IMG/VR virus record: IMGVR_UViG_3300037743_000076
Coordinates: 1 to 41,479 of that record
Source of the DNA: a virus
Lineage: Duplodnaviria; Caudoviricetes
Direction: 5' to 3' (one strand)
DNA length: 41,479 bases
Made by a program: the position numbers and the translations under genes. This document shows, one piece after another, positions 38,903 to 41,479 of the stretch. Positions within the stretch are counted from its first letter, which is position 1; every line of letters starts with the position of its first letter. The notes below the pieces were generated by a model that saw nothing but the letters and a program-made list of their open reading frames with translations, had not been told where the DNA came from and searched no databases.

Positions 38903-39670
38903 TTAAACCGCGAAAGCGCACGAAAGCTTGGATGTACAGGTAAAGCAGTGCGAACCGGGGTTAGGCACAAAAGCGTTGGCTTCAACGCCGCGTGCCATAG
39001 CGGCGAATGACTCACCAAGGCTGGCCGCAGTGTAGGCGGCCAGCGCTACAGGGCGATCTGTCATGTCTTTCAGCATGAGGTATCGGCCATGCGTGGCCGG
39101 TACTCCGAAGATGGTTTCAATCGCCACTCCGTACAACCCGAGCTGGCGAGGGTTGTCCGGAAGCTTGGTACCGCTCTTCAGGTCTACCGGCTCAATCGAG
39201 CCGTCCGGCCACTCCCACACGGCATCTATATAGCCCAGCACATCAACGCCGCCTAGGGTCTGCACAAAAGCCAGTTCAAGAGCGGGGCTACCGTCTGGCA
39301 GCTCCCAGATCCGCCAAGGTTGCTGGACAGCCCAGGCGGCGTACGCCTGGGACTGAGCGCGCCCCTTACCGCGCCGCTCTTCAATGTCCTGCTCTCGGGA
39401 CTTGCGCCCGCCGCGTAGCCACATGGATTCATCGGGGGTTTTGACCAGCTCTTTTACCCTGAGATCTTCGTAGACGCGCTCAAATTCCAGCCCTATGTCA
39501 AGGGTGCGCCCCGACCTCTCCCACGCTTCACAAGCGCTGTGGACGGCCGTGCCGTGGATAAACCAGGCCGCTGTCATTTGCGGAACCCTGTCACGCTTGG
39601 CCAATTTCCACGCATAACCGCACTTGGCGTATGTATCCAATTGGGACAAACTCAATCGCAATTTACTCAT
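38903..39670 (-). CDS. Cas4-like / RecB-family PD-(D/E)XK exonuclease
   Basis: S.SQL..Y..C, GTAVH, GYID...VDLKSG, QL..Y, C..C.....C. Confidence 0.9.
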   Translation of the reverse strand: MSKLRLSLSQLDTYAKCGYAWKLAKRDRVPQMTAAWFIHGTAVHSACEAWERSGRTLDIGLEFERVYEDLRVKELVKTPDESMWLRGGRKSREQDIEERRGKGRAQSQAYAAWAVQQPWRIWELPDGSPALELAFVQTLGGVDVLGYIDAVWEWPDGSIEPVDLKSGTKLPDNPRQLGLYGVAIETIFGVPATHGRYLMLKDMTDRPVALAAYTAASLGESFAAMARGVEANAFVPNPGSHCFTCTSKLSCAFAV

Positions 39671-39918
39671 CGCAGCATCCACCTAATGATCTGTACCGTT
39701 CCCTGGCAGCCGTTTGATTTTCGGTAGCTGCCCAAAGGCAGATAGTCCTCAATAGCCTCGCGAGACATCTGGATGTCGTGAGGGGTAGCGGTCATCGATA
39801 TATGCTGTTCAACACTGTGGACGGTTCGGACGTTGCCTCGGGTTGAATAATTGACCTGTACCAAGCAAGAGCCGTAATTTATTGTCCGGCTCTCAGCGGC
39901 AACTGTCATAGTTGTCAT
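39667..39918 (-). CDS. hypothetical protein
   Basis: 83 aa ORF with GAGG RBS, coupled to the nuclease. Confidence 0.55.
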   Translation of the reverse strand: MTTMTVAAESRTINYGSCLVQVNYSTRGNVRTVHSVEQHISMTATPHDIQMSREAIEDYLPLGSYRKSNGCQGTVQIIRWMLR

Positions 39919-39940
39919 GGTCGTGCCTCTCTGTGTACAT

Positions 39941-39971
39941 AAAAAGAGCCGCCCCGTTATCGAGGCGGCTT
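39941..39971 (-). terminator. terminator after repressor
   Basis: AAGCCGCCTCG-ataa-CGGGGCGGCTC-TTTTT. Confidence 0.8.
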
Positions 39972-39996
39972 GTGCTTGTCTTGCTGTCTACTGTCC

Positions 39997-40380
39997 CTAG
40001 GGACGCCGTATAAAAGCGTCTCCATCGCTGTCGACACGCTTAACGCGTCTCCAACCCTCATGGTCGTATGTCCAGATGGATGTAGCCATCTGGCCTAGGA
40101 AGCCCTCTAGTCTGCGCTGAAGCGCCTCGGAGAGGGGTTTAGCGTCTTCACTTCGCGCGTCTAGCGCCACGAACATTTTGTAGGCGTGCGCCTCTTTGTG
40201 CTCGGGGGCTACCTCAAAATCTATGATTGAGGCATTGGTGCGCCGTTGGCGCTGCGTACCGGGCGGAAGCGCTTGCCGCACCGCCTCTCCACTGACGCCG
40301 AACTGCTCGCCTATCTCCTGATTAGACATGCCCTCTAGGACCATGGCTATCAGTACAGCTTGGCTAGGCAACTGTGACAT
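39997..40380 (-). CDS. immunity repressor (L5 gp71-like HTH)
   Basis: GMSNQEIGEQFGVSGEAVRQ HTH, F.V..EH, RL..F and GW....R...D....IR C-terminus; start placed after GGAAGGA and downstream of a consensus promoter. Confidence 0.8.
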   Translation of the reverse strand: MSQLPSQAVLIAMVLEGMSNQEIGEQFGVSGEAVRQALPPGTQRQRRTNASIIDFEVAPEHKEAHAYKMFVALDARSEDAKPLSEALQRRLEGFLGQMATSIWTYDHEGWRRVKRVDSDGDAFIRRP

Positions 40381-40420
40381 GGTCATGTTCCTTCCGGTCG
40401 GTTGTTGTCTCCATAACCCG

Positions 40421-40450
40421 ACCATACAAAGAACAATGTCCGCTGTCAAG
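40421..40450 (-). promoter_or_regulatory. repressor promoter with variant operator
   Basis: TTGACA-N17-TATGGT; overlaps AATGTCCGCTGTCAAG (40435-40450). Confidence 0.8.
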
Positions 40451-40653
40451 ACCAAACGCGCCATATTTTCAATGTTCGTCTGCCAGCGAACGATGTTCAC
40501 TAGCTTCACTTGCCGCACTCTATGAAGTTAAGAAACAACCCAGCCAGATAAATCTAGCGCGTACCCAGGTGTAACGACCTATCCGTTCGGTTAGTGATCA
40601 TGAGCTACACGGATCGATAAACACTGATTTAACCGCCTTTACTAGCGAGAGGA

Positions 40654-40683
40654 ACAGTACACCGGAGAATGTTCGGTAGCAAG
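40654..40683 (-). promoter_or_regulatory. leftward promoter with operator
   Basis: TTGCTA-N17-TACTGT; overlaps AATGTTCGGTAGCAAG (40668-40683). Confidence 0.65.
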
Positions 40684-41330
40684 CTACCGAGCGGTAATTA
40701 CCCATACGAATTACTCGCCGCTGGTAGGCAGCTCGCTGCTTAATGTGGAGTGGCTAACCTTTGGTTAGCCTGTGCTAACGTACTCGGTAGCCAACCCGAA
40801 ACAGCCGCAGCAGCCACCAAAGTGTAAGGGGCGAAGCCCGATAAGGTCATTACAGCGCCCACTACGGCGCTGAGTCGTAATGTCTGATTTAGACTAGTTA
40901 GGCATCAGCCTAACGGCTAATCAGCAACATCTTTCGGATGACATCCAGGTATGGATGTCCTGTTTTGCTGAAAAGGACACAATTAATAATTGAAGGGCGA
41001 GCGAAGCGAGGCAACGAAGTTGCCGAGCTGAGCGAGAAGAGCGAAGTGCCAGCGGCGACAGCCGCTAACTAACTAAGAGCTGTCGGCGTCAGCCGAACAG
41101 CGATTAAGTAAGTGCAATCCGTTTGGGACGGATTGCCTAGTTAAAGAGCAACCCCTTAAGGGTTGCTAGTTCATGCGAGCTTCGCTCGCATACACGCAAG
41201 GCAATTTTATTGCCGTTGCGTCCTAAACCAACGGTTTAGCGTAGCCGTTAATCTACGCGAAGTAGAAGAAGTTCATCGATCGCTGTTAGCGATCATCCTG
41301 CCGTTGGACACAGCTTTAGGGCTGTGTCTA
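40673..41330. repeat. dense array of short inverted repeats, non-coding
   Basis: More than 15 back-to-back hairpins; no ORF of 60 aa or more on either strand. Confidence 0.8.
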
Positions 41331-41339
41331 ATGTGCTAG

Positions 41340-41411
41340 TGCGTAGAGGTGCGTTGGTCGCACAGCGGGCCCATAACCCGCCGATAGCCAGTTCGATTCT
41401 GGTCTACGCCA
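41340..41411 (+). tRNA. tRNA-Met(CAT), initiator-like, atypical
   Basis: Cloverleaf folded by hand: unpaired 1:72, GCGGG/CCCGC anticodon stem, loop CCCATAA, TTCGATT T-loop. Confidence 0.8.
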
Positions 41412-41435
41412 CTTGTGCCCGTGCACGGGCACAAG
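41412..41435. repeat. perfect 24-bp palindrome between tRNAs
   Basis: CTTGTGCCCGTGCACGGGCACAAG. Confidence 0.85.
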
Positions 41436-41437
41436 CC

Positions 41438-41479
41438 GGGGTTTTAGCTTAATTGGTAAAGCACTTGCCTTGCAAGCAA
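41438..41479 (+). tRNA. tRNA-Ala(TGC), truncated by window end
   Basis: GGGGTTT-TA-GCTT D arm, CTTGC stem and CT-TGC-AA loop; 3' half is outside the window. Confidence 0.75.

Noticed and set aside
38903-39670. Cas4-like nuclease as evidence of CRISPR-Cas
   Set aside because: No repeat-spacer array or other cas genes; solo Cas4-like nucleases are common in these phages
39997-40518. 173 aa long form of the repressor ORF
   Set aside because: The extension runs through a consensus TTGACA-N17-TATGGT promoter; the RBS supports a start at 40380
40673-41330. Hairpin array as a CRISPR array
   Set aside because: The hairpins do not share a repeated sequence or regular spacing

Overview
The window is most of a temperate actinobacteriophage (siphovirus) genome. 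The left arm (+ strand, ~160-17500) encodes terminases, portal, prohead protease, HK97-fold capsid, head-tail and tail genes with a -1 frameshifted chaperone, tape measure, one large baseplate protein, three paralogous tail-tip proteins and a lysis cassette. The centre holds a sortase-fold membrane gene, a candidate attP, a large serine integrase, a host-like XRE/DUF5753 + DUF397 pair and two small His/Cys proteins. The right arm (- strand, ~21300-40400) resembles mycobacteriophage cluster A / Streptomyces phage early regions: dNMP kinase, PolA, sigma-like protein, metallophosphoesterase, split primase, EndoVII, DnaB-like helicase, MazG-like protein, Cas4-like nuclease and an L5 gp71-like repressor with a repeated operator over three promoters. 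The window ends with a ~650 bp hairpin array, an atypical initiator tRNA-Met and a truncated tRNA-Ala. The most unusual signal is non-coding: two tRNA-shaped elements with no anticodon arm inside the early operon, plus a family of intergenic hairpins sharing a CGGCA loop. All protein calls come from motif and synteny recognition by eye; no searches were run.
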